A DNA stretch of 64,000 nt from Eledone cirrhosa (taxonomy: Eukaryota), in contig OZ024743.1 of assembly GCA_964016885.1 (NCBI GenBank), forward strand, positions 40,548,001-40,612,000, given 5' to 3'. Under the pieces are notes generated by a model. The model saw only the letters and a list, made by a program, of their open reading frames with translations, did not search any database and was not told the DNA's origin. Numbering within the stretch: position 1 is the first letter of the stretch; every line of letters begins with the position of its first letter. Both the position numbers and the translations under genes were made by a program. This document shows positions 13,392-31,655 of this stretch, piece by piece.

Positions 13392-13445
13392 AGGCGGTGC
13401 GTCAGCATGGCCTCAGCCGGATGGCTGAAACAGGTAAAAGAGTAA
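13388..13445 (+). mobile_element. SINE 3' tail fragment; related copy 58545-58605 (-)
   Basis: GCGGTGCGTCAGCATGGCC...GCTGAAACAGGTAAAAGA. Confidence 0.5.
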
Positions 13446-13446
13446 T

Positions 13447-13477
<31 letters not shown>

Positions 13478-13478
<1 letters not shown>

Positions 13479-14990
13479 TTCGTTTCTGAATTTGTTTAGC
13501 AAGATTCTTTATCTGAAATCGTGTGTTGAAACCGATATTGTTATACTTTGGGAGGGTCATGTTGCCAATAAGAAACACACGCACCAGTCGCTTTCACTTC
13601 AATTTATTATATATTTATAAATTTATAAATTTACAAATCTACAAACTTATAAATTTCTGGTTGGTTGGTTGGTTCCACAACCAGATAGTTGTTTATATAT
13701 ATATAGTCATAGTCCTTTCGTCACACACTCTGTGACCTCTTCAGTGACTGGGGATTCCTTTCTTTGTTTCTGTGCCTTTCCTTTCTTCTATCCTACGCCA
13801 TTTTGTTTATGTGTGTGTGATGTGTGCTCAGTTTGCGCATGCGCCACATCCGGCTGTCTGTGTGTGTTTGTGTTCATTTATCTATTTGTTTATTTATTTA
13901 TTTATTTAATGTTGGTTGGTTGTTTGTTCTATGTGTGTGTGTGTTTTCATTTTGTCCTGTGTGTGTTTTCATTTTGTCCTTAATTGTAAGTTGTGATGTT
14001 GCTGTTCCACTCATATTTTCTATTTAATTTTGGTTGTAATTTGCCTAAACATTGCGTCTTTTCTGTGTGTGGATTCTATTTTTATTTCTATGCTCTCTAA
14101 TCTACCCCTGTGTTCTATCTTAGCATGTTGGTAGAGCACAGATGATTCTTTATTATCTTGGAGGTCTCGCCAGTGTTCATTTATTCGTTCCCCTATACTA
14201 CGAGCTGTCTCACCTATGTACACTATATTTTTGTTTCTACATTGTCCTTCAGTACATCTTATGCTATACACTACATTTCTAGTTTTACAGTTAATATGGG
14301 GGCTTATTTTACAGGTTATACATTTCTTATCTATACATGAGGGTCTTCGAACGGGTATGTCTTGCTAATAAGTGTTTTTACGGAGGTACCAGGTCTTTCT
14401 ACTATCTTAATATTGAGGTTATGTTTATTTAGGGCCCTTCTAAATTTGTAGGCTAGTTCGCCTCTAGGGGTTGTATTGATGAACATTACACTCTGGTATT
14501 TATTGCTATCATACCATGAGTTTATTCTATTGGCCTTGTTCCTAGTTCTTTCTATTCTATTCCAAAATTTGCTCCTATACAAGGGGCAGGTCCCATTTAT
14601 GTCATTATTTACCATTTTTTCCCATTTGGTTCTGGCTCCTTTATACACTCTGATTCTATCTCTCTGATTGTAGCCAGAGAACTGCATACGGTGGATGAAG
14701 TGTTGTATGTGTCTCTCTAGTTCTTCGGGGTTGCACATGCGGGACACATTTCTCATCACCCGTACCAAATCCGCAATCAGTATGTTGATTTTGGTATGGT
14801 CCGAAATGGCCGAGTTTCGGTGGATCAGATGTTTGGAAGTCATAGGTTTGGCATAATGGGAATGGAGGATTTGTTTTTGGTTGTTAATGGTATCTAACCA
14901 GAGTTCTGTGTCTAGTACAGGTAATCGATGGTTGGGGTGTCTACTTGGGTAGTCTATAGTAACTCTAATGCTCTGGTGTATGGAGTTTGC
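13478..14990 (-). mobile_element. PLE family A, longest copy (late RT, thumb, GIY-YIG, pLTR), 5'-truncated
   Basis: [15 protein letters not shown]...LPVLD...YAKPM...SA...LVRVMRN in ORF 14331-15197 (its N-terminus is microsatellite) and ORF 14020-14271. Confidence 0.92.
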
Positions 14991-15156
14991 TATATATATA
15001 TATATATATAGTAATAATAATATATATGTATATATATATATACATGTGTGTTTGTGTATTTGTATGTATGTGTATGTATGGATATGTTGATATATATGTG
15101 TGTATGTACGTATATGTATATGTATGTGTATTTGTACGTGTATGTATATGTGTATG

Positions 15157-15197
<41 letters not shown>

Positions 15198-15372
15198 GTG
15201 TATATGTATGTATATATATATATATATGTGTATGTATATATGTGAGTGTATGTAATTGTGTGTGTGTGCATGTGTGTTTATTTTTCCTTCCCTTCTTCCT
15301 TTTCCAGCCTCACTTTCATATAGATTATATTTTTGTTTTTAAAATCCAATGTCAATAAATACACCAGGATTT

Positions 15373-15433
15373 TTTCATTCTGATGATTGAAAGCAAAATT
15401 TGTTTGCTTACAAGAAACCACTGGTAAATGAAA
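15373..15433 (+). ncRNA. HHR family B. Further copies at 25575-25634, 28428-28487 and 30231-30290 (all +)
   Basis: TTTCATT CTGATGA (T/C)TGAAA...TT(T/A)CAA GAAA C(C/A)ACTGG TA AATGAAA. Confidence 0.8.
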
Positions 15434-15581
15434 TAATTGTCTTATGTTGTTTACTACATAACTATTAAGCTATGTAACCTACATAGAGCATTCTTTTTTC
15501 CTGGACCTTTCCGACGGAATTACTTAATTTATATATATATATATGTATTTATGTAATATATATATATATATATATATATAT

Positions 15582-16125
15582 GAAAAGTGTAATTTTCTAC
15601 ACAAAACGAAGGTTATAGAGAAAATTGAGGTTGGTAATGGCACATGGAATATATAGGAGACAGAATACTTTTTTGTGAAAAAACATAATTTTATAAGGTA
15701 AGGAAATAATAAAGGGTATAAAAAATGACCGGTTTCGATGGGTCTGCAAAAGCCATCTTTTCAAATGTTGATTAATATTAAGAAAAATTAATAATACGAA
15801 GAGTTAAAATTTGAGACTTGAAAATTCAAGTATAAAATTCATTGTGGGATTTCATAGTAGTTTTCATCTAGGTAGCAACAACAGGTTGACTGCTGTGTCC
15901 CTTTCTGGTAGTGAATGAGAAGTTATTTGGGGTGTGGGTTATTTTATAAAGGTCAGATTTAGCAATCACCAACTGGCCAGCTGCTGGTCAGTGAGGGGGT
16001 GGAAGCAATATACATACACATATCTTCCTGTGATGGGTAGGAGAGTGGAGCGTGATAGAAAGGGATTTAGTGCACTTACACCTATATATACACACATACC
16101 TTCATCCACACCTACATACATATAC

Positions 16126-16162
<37 letters not shown>

Positions 16163-16229
16163 CACACATACATACACACACACATACATATACATACACA
16201 CATACACACACACACACATATATACACAT

Positions 16230-16276
<47 letters not shown>

Positions 16277-16311
16277 TATATATACATACACATACATCCA
16301 GATACATACAC

Positions 16312-16343
<32 letters not shown>

Positions 16344-16808
16344 GCACACACAATACATACATCCACATGCACACACATACACACACACACACATATACAC
16401 ATACATACACCCATACACAGAGAAATGGCCTTCAAATATACATATATATATATACATACAGACACATATATTTTATCTGACCTTTATTAAATAACCCACA
16501 CCCCAAATAACTTCTCATTCACTACCAGAAAGGGACACAGCAGTCAACCTGTTGTTGCTACCTAGATGAAAACTGCTATGAAATCCCACAATGAATTTTA
16601 TACTTGAATTTTCAAGTCTCAAATTTTAACTCTTCGTATTATTAATTTTTCTTAATATTAATCAACATTTGAAAAGATGGCTTTTGCAGACCCATCGAAA
16701 CCGGTCATTTTTTATACCCTTTATTATTACCTTACCTTATAAATTTATGTTTTTTCACAAAAAAGTATTCTGTCTCCTATATATTCCATGTGCCATTACC
16801 AACCTCAA

Positions 16809-16815
<7 letters not shown>
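15582..16815. mobile_element. Inverted pLTR-like pair (15617-15958 and 16475-16812) with U3-A8 HHR at 15722-15769(-) and 16664-16711(+)
   Basis: Near-identical reverse-complement arms. AACAT TTGAAAA GATGG...CCATC GAAA CCGG TC ATTTT. Confidence 0.8.
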
Positions 16816-16889
<74 letters not shown>

Positions 16890-16890
<1 letters not shown>

Positions 16891-17210
16891 CGAAAGAAGT
16901 TTGGGTAAGGAACCAGGTGGACCATAACGCACCAGAGTAGTCAATGCTTAGGGTACTAGAGTGGGTAATAGAAAAATGTTCAAGACAACGACGGCAGAGT
17001 TCAAGCCGTTTCGACAGCTATTTCTCTGCCTTCCGATATTTCCACGATTGTGTTGACTTCATGCCGTAGATTTTTCTTATCGAAACCGTCCTCAGTCCCG
17101 TATATCACGCAGTCCGTATTGGATCCTCGGTCTATAGGACATGCCTAGTCTTTTATATGAGCAAACTCGTGTAGCAGTTCTTGTGTTTGCTATTGATGCA
17201 ACATCTTGAA
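16890..17210 (-). mobile_element. Family C PLE-type 3' end. Shorter copies at 9480-9530, 40150-40285(-), 45729-45890(+), 53085-53160(+), 55907-56090(+)
   Basis: Shared TATTACCCACTCTAGTACCCTAAG...TATGGTCCA...TGGTTCCTTACC; HHR-like 3' half GAAACGGC-TTGA(A/G)CTCT-GCCGTC. Confidence 0.7.
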
Positions 17211-17339
17211 ATCTTTATATACTGCATACTCTTTCCAGATTAGGATAATAGCTACCAAACAACACTATATATATATATATACAGAAACATAATATGCATA
17301 TGTGATTAAATAGTAATAAACATAAAATGAAAATTATAT

Positions 17340-17442
17340 AGTGCGGGTGTTGCTTTTTATTGGCAATTCTTGTAACATGACCATTCCATATAGCATGTCT
17401 TTCAACACAGGATTTCACATCATGAATCTTGAAAAACAAATA
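17340..17442 (+). mobile_element. Diverged PLE family A-like tail
   Basis: TTATTGGCAA...CATGACC...TTTCAACAC...GAATCTTG...AACAAA then TA. Confidence 0.55.
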
Positions 17443-17542
17443 TATAATTGTATGTATATATATATATATATATATACATATACAAATGTTATAATTACAC
17501 ACACATATATCTATATATATATATATGTATGTATACATACAC

Positions 17543-17614
<72 letters not shown>

Positions 17615-17765
17615 TAAAATGAACATTAAGCGATAAATACTCTGAGAATTCAAAGTAATAAGGACTTTTATGTTTTCCTAAAAGATAGCGATTGAAGTTC
17701 CAGTCGCCTTGGGAATTTCAGCGTCCCTCTACGGATGTCTGTAAATGTATGCTTACATCTGTAGC

Positions 17766-17797
<32 letters not shown>

Positions 17798-17895
17798 GTT
17801 ATGTTTTCATCCGCATATATGCGTGTCTTTGAAATCACATGCGAACTAATGTTCAATGTTTACTTATGCGTATCTGTAAGTACACACCCACACAT

Positions 17896-17971
<76 letters not shown>

Positions 17972-18754
17972 TTGTTTGTGTGTAAGGCTGACTGCTTATC
18001 CATATAATATGTGTGTCCCTTGGAACATGTACGTCAACTTACGATTGCCTATGTGGGCGTATGCGTAACTTTAAGATCTTATGTGTCTGTTTGTGTGAAT
18101 GAGTGTGTGTGGCTGTGTTTATGTGTATCTGCAATCCTGTATATATGTGAGAGTGAGCTTCTCTGTATAAACGAGTGATGCGTTGATATGTGCTTATGTG
18201 ATGTTTTTCTGTAAGGATATTTGTATATCTATGCGAACGTATGTGTGTGTATGTGCATGTGAGCTTATCTATATAAAGTTGTGTACGTGTTGGTGTTTGC
18301 ATATGTACGTACATTAGCTGTCTATCTGTCTTCAAACATAAGTGGGTGAATATCCATTTTGTTTGTGGTGAAGGGTAATCTGGATAGCAGGGCATGACGT
18401 CCAATCGCCATCGCGGAAAGTGGGTTTGTGCAGCCTTACCCTCCCCCCTACAATTCCCTCTAAATGACCCTCCCGGCCAAAGCTGCATGTAGTGTTATCT
18501 AGTGTGTGTGTGTGTTATCTTTTTATGTGTCTACGATTTAGTAAGCAGTCAAAATTCTGCTTGCCCCAAAGCTGTCGTGTGTTTGTGTGTATGTGTGTGT
18601 ATGTGTGTGTGTGTGTGTGTGTGTTATCTTTTTTAGTGTCTATACGTTTTAGTAAGTAGCCAACATTCTGCTTGCTTCAAACGACGCAATTGATCAACTC
18701 AATATTCTATAACGTATGCACTGCATGCGTTGCATGCACCGACATCCGCCCTTG

Positions 18755-18852
<98 letters not shown>

Positions 18853-20029
18853 CTATGTGAACATATATATGTATGTGTGAAGGTGTCTGTTTAGGAGTTT
18901 GCTTGTGTGAATATGTGTGTGTCCCTGCACTTTGTCGAGACGTTTTGGTACATGCTCTTGCTTTTAGCAAATATATTTCCATCTTAGTATGACGTTTAGC
19001 TAGGTTATATAAAGGACCAGCAAGAGTGTACTTATCGCCTTAGTCGGGTCCTACAATGTGTTTCGTCTCCTCAGCTTCATGTTCCATTCATCAAGAATTA
19101 ATTTTAAAATTGTAGAGCTAGCATATAAAATTATATCTGGACACTTCTACCTCTGTCCAAACTAAGAAAGTTATTAAATCTGCATTTTCTTCTATACAGT
19201 CCACAATCACCTTCACCAAATAATGTTTTAGGTCATCACAATACGACCGTTTCCACCACTTTGCATATTTTCACAACCCTCCTCACCGGCACAGATCTTG
19301 AGTAATACAGTTATTATCATTGTATGAAACTATGATCATTTAAGATTCCCTCCTCTGTGGCCTGGGCCTAATGGTAGCGCTGACCCAGGTTTAGTTAACC
19401 GTTTGGTTAGCTAAACTTTATAACATAATTTGTGGATGTACGCATGTCTGGGTGATAGTGCTGGGTTTACTATTGTGCTTAGGTGTGTTTTAGCAGAGGG
19501 CCCTGTTGGCCAAGAAGGGAGCGGATCTTCCTGCAAAAAAATGGTTACCTCCTTCAGGGCGCAAGTAAGAGGCCGCATAACTTAACTAGCACAGGGCCTC
19601 ATTTGTCCTAAATCAGCCACTGCTGTGAGGTTAAAAATTTCGCTTAGAAATTCTTAAGTTCCAGATTCAATATTACTGTGACACATTAGATTTACTATAG
19701 CCTTATGTTGGGAGGATAGAAAATATGGGGAAGCCTATCAGATGGATTATAACAGAAAATTACAGGTTTAGCTTTGTCATATATTGTGTCACAATGATTC
19801 TACATGTGTCTCTGGAATACTCAGCGAAATAAATCTTAATTCATGAGTAATGCGTTCATTTCATTGAATGACTGAACGCTCATTGTCGAAACCCATGTGT
19901 GTGGTTGCGTGAGCGGTTACAGGGGAGGTGAAAGCATTTCTGAATTGGGAGGGGGGCTCAAATATAATTATTTGGGCGCATTGAACCCCCTGAACACACA
20001 CACGCACTTCCACCGCCTCTGGTTTGTGA

Positions 20030-20400
20030 GGGCGGTGGATTGGCAGTATCGGTAGAGGCTCGGACGCCATGCTTTGCAGCAATGAGTTACGGCCCTCTAT
20101 GGTCTGAGTTCAAATCCCGCCAAGGTTAATTTGCCTTTCATCCTTACAGGGTCGATAAAATAAAGTACCAGTAATACACTGGGATAATTGCTGGCCTTGT
20201 GCCAAAAGCAGAAACAATTATATTGAAAACATGGTAGTGGATTGGCTCTATCAGTAGAGCAACAGAGACCATGCTTTTCAGCATAGAGTTATGGCCTTTC
20301 ATGTTCTGAGCTCAAATCCCTCCGAGCTTAGCCTTGCCTTTCATCCTTACGGGGTCGATAAAATAAAGCACCAGTATAGCACTGGGGTAAGTGCTTAAAA
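20030..20400 (+). mobile_element. Two tandem Meta-domain-like SINE copies
   Basis: Same family as 9551-9730. Confidence 0.8.
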
Positions 20401-20749
20401 TAAAAATAATTATATTGAAAACACGACAGTGCTAAAGTATAATTAATTTTAGTATTTTTTTTTTTTAATTAAAATTACTCATTGGATATTGTTTGGTTTA
20501 GAAAAATAATGTTTCTTGATCCATAAAGCTATTACTACTTCCAGACCTTCACAGCTCCATCTTCCGAATGAGAACGGTTATATTAATAGTGCATTTGCAG
20601 GTCCACAAAGGATCATAGGACCAACATTAAAGTCATGGACCAATAAGTAAACATCCATTAATAAATGAAGAAATCATTTAACCACTTTTGTGTTTTCAAT
20701 ATAACTAGTTTGAAAGAAATAGTGTCACTCCAGGTAGAGCCACTACTTC

Positions 20750-21020
20750 TCCGATTTGAGAGATCACAACTCCGATACTATGGGCATGTGGTTAGAATGT
20801 TTCAGGAAGAATTGCTGGACTGAGTTTACAGGCAAAATCAACTGGCAGGAGACCCAGAGGTAGATCCTGAGAAATATGGTTGGATAAGATAACATCCATG
20901 AGCATGGCTGGTCACGCTTGGGATCCAGCGGGATAAATTGGAGACAGTTGCTTCTGACAGGACACGCTGGAGGGAATGTTTGATGACTCTTCCCCCAGGA
21001 ATCTCTCAGTGCGAAGAAGA
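20750..21020 (+). mobile_element. Degenerate RTE-type LINE 3' end
   Basis: RSQLRYYGHVVRM, then frameshifted TGRRPRGR. Confidence 0.6.
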
Positions 21021-21053
21021 AGGTACATATATGTGTATGTATATATATCTATG

Positions 21054-21128
<75 letters not shown>

Positions 21129-21133
<5 letters not shown>

Positions 21134-21743
21134 CGTTGGCAAATCACTGATGAGGGACTCATTTTATAACATGTTATCCATGTGCAACCTGCAGTATTCT
21201 TCTCCCCATTTTTTCACATATATTTACCTAAACTGCGATTCTGTTTTTCTCTCTCTCTCTCTTACTGCTCCCTCGTTCTCTCTGTTTCTCTTACTTTCTT
21301 TCGCCCCCTCTGTCATGTCAGTTAACACTTTCTCTCTACTGACCTCTTCCTCACACTTCCACTCACTCACTCACTGTTTCTCCCCTTCTCACTTCACCCC
21401 GTTCGCGACGAAAACAATTTCCTTCTTTCTTACATTTGGATTCATCTCGAAAGGTCTTTTTTCTACGCGCTCATATATTCACCCAGCTTATGCTGAAAGA
21501 ATAACTATGTAGCTTGTGCCCTTCCTATCTACAGTTAGCTTTCCTCTTTGTTGTTACTTGTCTCACTCGCTTTACGCGTTTTAATTGTTCTAATAACTTA
21601 ATTTAGTTATTATTGCACCAACGTGAGGTATATGATTTTTAATGCAATGAAATATCTATGATCGTTGGCAAATCACTGATGAGGGACTCATTTTATAACA
21701 TGTTATCCATGTGCAACCTGCAGTATTCTTCTCCCCATTTTTT

Positions 21744-21750
<7 letters not shown>
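21129..21750. mobile_element. 529-nt non-coding unit with ~90-bp terminal direct repeat, between (TA)n tracts
   Basis: GATCGTTGGCAAATCACTGATGAGGG...TTTCACATA at 21131 and 21660. Confidence 0.75.
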
Positions 21751-21774
<24 letters not shown>

Positions 21775-21780
<6 letters not shown>

Positions 21781-23042
21781 AAGTTAAATAAAAGTCAAAT
21801 GATTAAAATTTAGCTTCGTTTATTACTGCTATATATATTTCAGTGACAGCCATCTTTGGCTGTGACCTCTTCAGGCAGTTTGAATTAGTATGGTATAGAC
21901 AAGTACATATGTTGTTTAGGTGTATGATATTGTCAATACTCTGATATGCCCAGTTCCTTGCTGGGTTGTTAATTCACTGGGGAACTGGAGTCATATGAAT
22001 TCAAACAAACGAATTTTCGTGTCACAGGTCCCCTTCTCCTCTCATTGGTCAGTTATTAGTGTTGTCATTGTTGGAGTTAGCTTAAAAATTGATAAAATGG
22101 TAGAAGGGACAAGGTGTTGAAGGAACAAAATATCAAAAAATGTGTCAAACTTCCCATTGTTCAGTTCTGAGAGCATTCCTCAGTCAGAAGTCTATAGAAT
22201 TCTTTCTGGGGTGAGGCTCCCTGTAGTGTTTATGCCTGCTATTGTTCAGTACATTTGACCTCCACCATTATTTTGGTACTGTTGTTGTTGTAGTGGTCAG
22301 CTTATATCTTGCTGCTGCTAACAATTTAGAAGTAAAATTGTTAGCAGTTAAAATTGCTGCTAACAATTTAGAAGTAAAATTGTTACTTCTAAATTGTTAG
22401 CAGCAGCAAGATATAAGCTGACCACTACAACAACAACAGTACCAAAATAATGGTGGAGGTCAAATGTACTGAACAATAGCAGGCATAAACACTACAGGGA
22501 GCCTCACCCCAGAAAGAATTCTATAGACTTCTGACTGAGGAATGCTCTCAGAACTGAACAATGGGAAGTTTGACACATTTTTTGATATTTTGTTCCTTCA
22601 ACACCTTGTCCCTTCTACCATTTTATCAATTTTTAAGCTAACTCCAACAATGACAACACTAATAACTGACCAATGAGAGGAGAAGGGGACCTGTGACACG
22701 AAAATTCGTTTGTTTGAATTCATATGACTCCAGTTCCCCAGTGAATTAACAACCCAGCAAGGAACTGGGCATATCAGAGTATTGACAATATCATACACCT
22801 AAACAACATATGTACTTGTCTATACCATACTAATTCAAACTGCCTGAAGAGGTCACAGCCAAAGATGGCTGTCACTGAAATATATATAGCAGTAATAAAC
22901 GAAGCTAAATTTTAATCATTTGACTTTTATTTAACTTTATTTTACACTACTCCGGAGTAACCAAACCAACCTGCGCACTTCGTCGAGTGCTCCAGCCTGC
23001 ATACTGAGGTGTTGGTATACAACCAACATAAACTCAAAATCT
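21775..23042. mobile_element. Young fold-back element, family F: ~560-bp essentially identical arms plus ~100-bp 3' tail; diverged partial copy 60073-60290 (-)
   Basis: Identical 66-aa spurious ORFs on opposite strands; complex centre at ~22310-22410. Confidence 0.9.
22839..22893 (+). ncRNA. Type I HHR, family F. Also 21825-21879(-) and 60118-60172(-)
   Basis: ACTGC CTGAAGA GGTCACAGCC AAAGAT GGCTGTCACT GAAA TATATA TA GCAGT; the 60-kb copy has pairing-preserving changes in stem II. Confidence 0.85.
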
Positions 23043-23058
23043 ATATATATATATATAT

Positions 23059-23370
23059 AATAGAAAACGAAAAATCAGTGATGCATCTGAACACAATTTA
23101 TTGTGTGTTACAATTGTTTCGACGGCGGTCAGCTCAAGACGCGATCATTGTATGGACTCGCAGGTTCGACGGATACGTCTAACGATTTCGGAGCATATTT
23201 TCTCACTCTAGAATGTCGCTGGCGAAACAATTGTAACACAATAAATTGAGTTCAGATGCATCACTGATTTTTCGTTTTCTTTTCTATCATACTCTGCTCT
23301 GTAAGAGCATAGAGTGCTCAACCGGCATGCCGCCTATGGAAGTATCTTAGCTACCATCAGACACACACAC
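23059..23370. mobile_element. Short fold-back element (arms ~23059-23125 and ~23220-23285) with HHR 3' half GAAACAATTGTA
   Basis: Reverse-complement arms; palindromic ACAATTGT. Confidence 0.65.
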
Positions 23371-23429
23371 ACATATATATATATATATTTATATATATAT
23401 ATATATTTCCTCGATGAAGGAGGAAAAAT

Positions 23430-23750
23430 GCAGGTTTTCACCTAATGCGGGCCCTAGAGGATCAAGAAAATGAATTTTTTTTATGTGCATATGCTTTGAA
23501 ATTTCGGGACAATCGGCTAGACGTAACGCCTCTAAAAAGCCTTAAAAAGCTGAAAGAATTAAGTTTTTCACCTAATTCGAGCCCTAGGCCATAAAAAAGT
23601 TGGATTTTCATTGCTCACGGTATGAAGAAGAGACTGACTAATACATAGTTACAATTTCAAGGAAATCGGTCTGACGTAACGCCTCAAAAAAACCCCTAAA
23701 AATCTTAAAAAACGCAGTTTTTCACCTAATGCGGGCACTCGGAGATCAAA
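23430..23750. repeat. Three diverged ~130-155-bp tandem units
   Basis: TTTTCACCTAAT(G/T)CG(G/A)GC at ~23435, ~23564 and ~23719; GACGTAACGCCTC twice. Confidence 0.65.
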
Positions 23751-23759
23751 TGTTGTTCA

Positions 23760-25447
23760 GGTAGGTGGCAGTTACAGTTTTTATTGTGGAGAGCGGGTAT
23801 ACCATGGATAGGTTGGGATAGCAGTGCAGGTGGGTTGTGTAAAACCCGTCTCCCATTAATGGTTGGGAGGTCGATACTACGTTACGCTCATCTGTTATTA
23901 ACATATTTTGTTTTGTAGTGTTGTTTAATTGCTTTAAGTTAAGTTTTTTTATGTATGTTTCAAGGTTTAGTGCAGTGGAGTATGATAGCTTAATAGTCTT
24001 AGAGTTCAGAATGTTACTGTATTTATGGGAACTAGGGAAATGCTTGTTGATTAACTTAAAGAATGAAAGAGATAGTTTTGTACTAATCGAAGCATTAAAA
24101 AAGGGATTATACCAGATATACTTTCTACAACATGATTTATTTGGTGATGATTTTCTATTATTAGTATGTCTGTAGGTACTGCGTGTGTGCGGTGTATTTC
24201 TGTACCCCGGTTACGTATTCTTTGTTTTCGTGTAGAGCTATCTGAAGATGTCCATTGAAGAATAAATGCCTAAAGTCCAACATTGTTTATCAATGCACTG
24301 TTGAATCGAACGACCAGAAATGGTATTACATCGGGTCTACCACTACCTCCTTTAAATCTCGCTGGTATCGTCATCGATTCTCTATTAAACATCCTAATCA
24401 CCGTTTTGTGACCAGGCTCGCCAACAAGACCTGGCAACTCCATGAACGCAACCAGCTGTTCACCTTGAAATGGGATTTACTTTCCAGCGCTAGTGCATAT
24501 CGGAGTGGATTGAAGTACTGCAGGTTATGTAACCTATCATTACTAAATGACAGAATCTAACGATCATTATACTGCAACCACAAACTGAAGGCTAAATTCT
24601 CTCACTATAAAATAACTTAATATTCGAACCCGTTACTATAACATTGCTTTCTAGCTAACTACTTTCTCTCAATAACAACTTCTTAACTATATCCCCCACA
24701 CTACAAGACAATACCCTGCTTATCACTATAAATGGATACTTAGTGCAATTTGTAGCCTACAACTATGAACTCAATGTACACCCATCCCAAAGCTTTCGTC
24801 TGTCCCCTCTCTATCTCTCCCTCTCTCTCAATTCCTCTCTCTCGCACTCGGTCCACCTCCCTCCCTCTCCACATCTATGAACCTGCCCTCTGTGGCAATA
24901 AATAATTCCAACCTTAACTATCAACGCATCGCTTAAGGTTGTCGCTTTAAGAGTAACCAGTATAATAAAACCCCTACCACAATATTTTGATTAACATATC
25001 TGTATTCTACAAACCACTCTCTCCCATTTCTCCAACACCTGCATATCTCTCTCTCTCTCTCCCTCTCCCCTTCTTTCTCTCTTCCTTTACTACCCTATCT
25101 TCCCCAATAACCTCACTTAAGTGTATTTACATTTTAACCATTCTGCTCTGATGATACAGTGGTCACAGCATTTGATAATTGAGTTTTGCAAATAGTTATA
25201 AATTTGCACATAGCATAACTAGGCTGTATAACCACCGTGGAAACATTTGTAAGCACACCGAATAAATTACCTTTTTATGATGTCTACCTATTATTATTCA
25301 TTCTTTATCTACACTCCGGAATACAGAAGGATCAGGAAGTGAGTTTCTTCAACTATTCTTCCATAACTCGTTGAGTAACCCCTCACCGTACGTCAACTCC
25401 ATCCAGTGTAGTAATTAACCATTACTGCATCCAGAATAATCCTATAC

Positions 25448-25450
<3 letters not shown>
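23760..25450 (+). mobile_element. PLE family E with 5' inversion: linker region on minus (~23900-24240), GIY-YIG on plus (24246-24560), 3' UTR with HHR
   Basis: Minus: RKYIWYNP...FKLINKHFPSSHKYSNILNSKTIKLSYS. Plus: CPLKNKCLKSNIVYQC...YYIGSTTTSFKSRWYRH...CRLC. Confidence 0.85.
25144..25255 (+). ncRNA. Type I HHR with extended, branched stem II
   Basis: TGCT CTGATGA TACAGTGGT...ACCACCGTG GAAA CATTTG TA AGCA. Confidence 0.75.
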
Positions 25451-25529
<79 letters not shown>

Positions 25530-25711
25530 TATTTCTTGTTTTCAAATCCACTTTCAATAAAAACACCAGGATTTTTTCATTCTGATGACTGAAAGCAGAT
25601 TTGTTTGCTTTCAAGAAACAACTGGTAAATGAAATAATTATCTTATGTTCTTTATTACATAACTTTTTGTATATATATAGATATATATACATATATGTAT
25701 GTATATGTATG

Positions 25712-28219
<2,508 letters not shown>

Positions 28220-28220
28220 G

Positions 28221-28299
<79 letters not shown>

Positions 28300-28320
28300 G
28301 TATGTATATGTATATATATA

Positions 28321-28358
<38 letters not shown>

Positions 28359-28573
28359 GTGTGGGTGTATATATATTTTTTGAAATTCTTGTTTTCAAAT
28401 CCACTTTCAATAAAAACACCAGGATTTTTTCATTCTGATGACTGAAAACAGATTTGATTGCTTTCAAGAAACCACTGGTAAATGAAATAATTATCTTATG
28501 TTGTTTATTACATAACTTTATGTATATATATAGATATATATACATATATGTATGTATATGTACGTATATGTAA

Positions 28574-28687
<114 letters not shown>

Positions 28688-28713
28688 CTATATATATATA
28701 TATATCTCTATAT

Positions 28714-30045
<1,332 letters not shown>

Positions 30046-30062
30046 TTATATGTATGTATATG

Positions 30063-30163
<101 letters not shown>

Positions 30164-30388
30164 GTGTGTGTATATATATTTTTTGAAATTCTTGTTTTCA
30201 AATCCACTTTCAATAAAAATACCAGGATTTTTTCATTCTGATGACTGAAAACAGATTTGTTTGCTTTCAAGAAACCACTGGTAAATGAAATAATTATCTT
30301 ATGTTTAATTACATAACTTTATGTATATATATAGATATATAAACATATATGTATGTATATATACGTATATGTATATGTATACATATAA

Positions 30389-30549
<161 letters not shown>

Positions 30550-30579
30550 TGTGTATGTATATGTATATATATGTATGTA

Positions 30580-31570
<991 letters not shown>

Positions 31571-31596
31571 ATATACATATATGGATATGTGTGTAA

Positions 31597-31655
<59 letters not shown>

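Noticed and set aside
19360-20020. GC-richer patches resembling MITE ends
   Set aside because: Could not pair terminal inverted repeats or find target duplications by eye.
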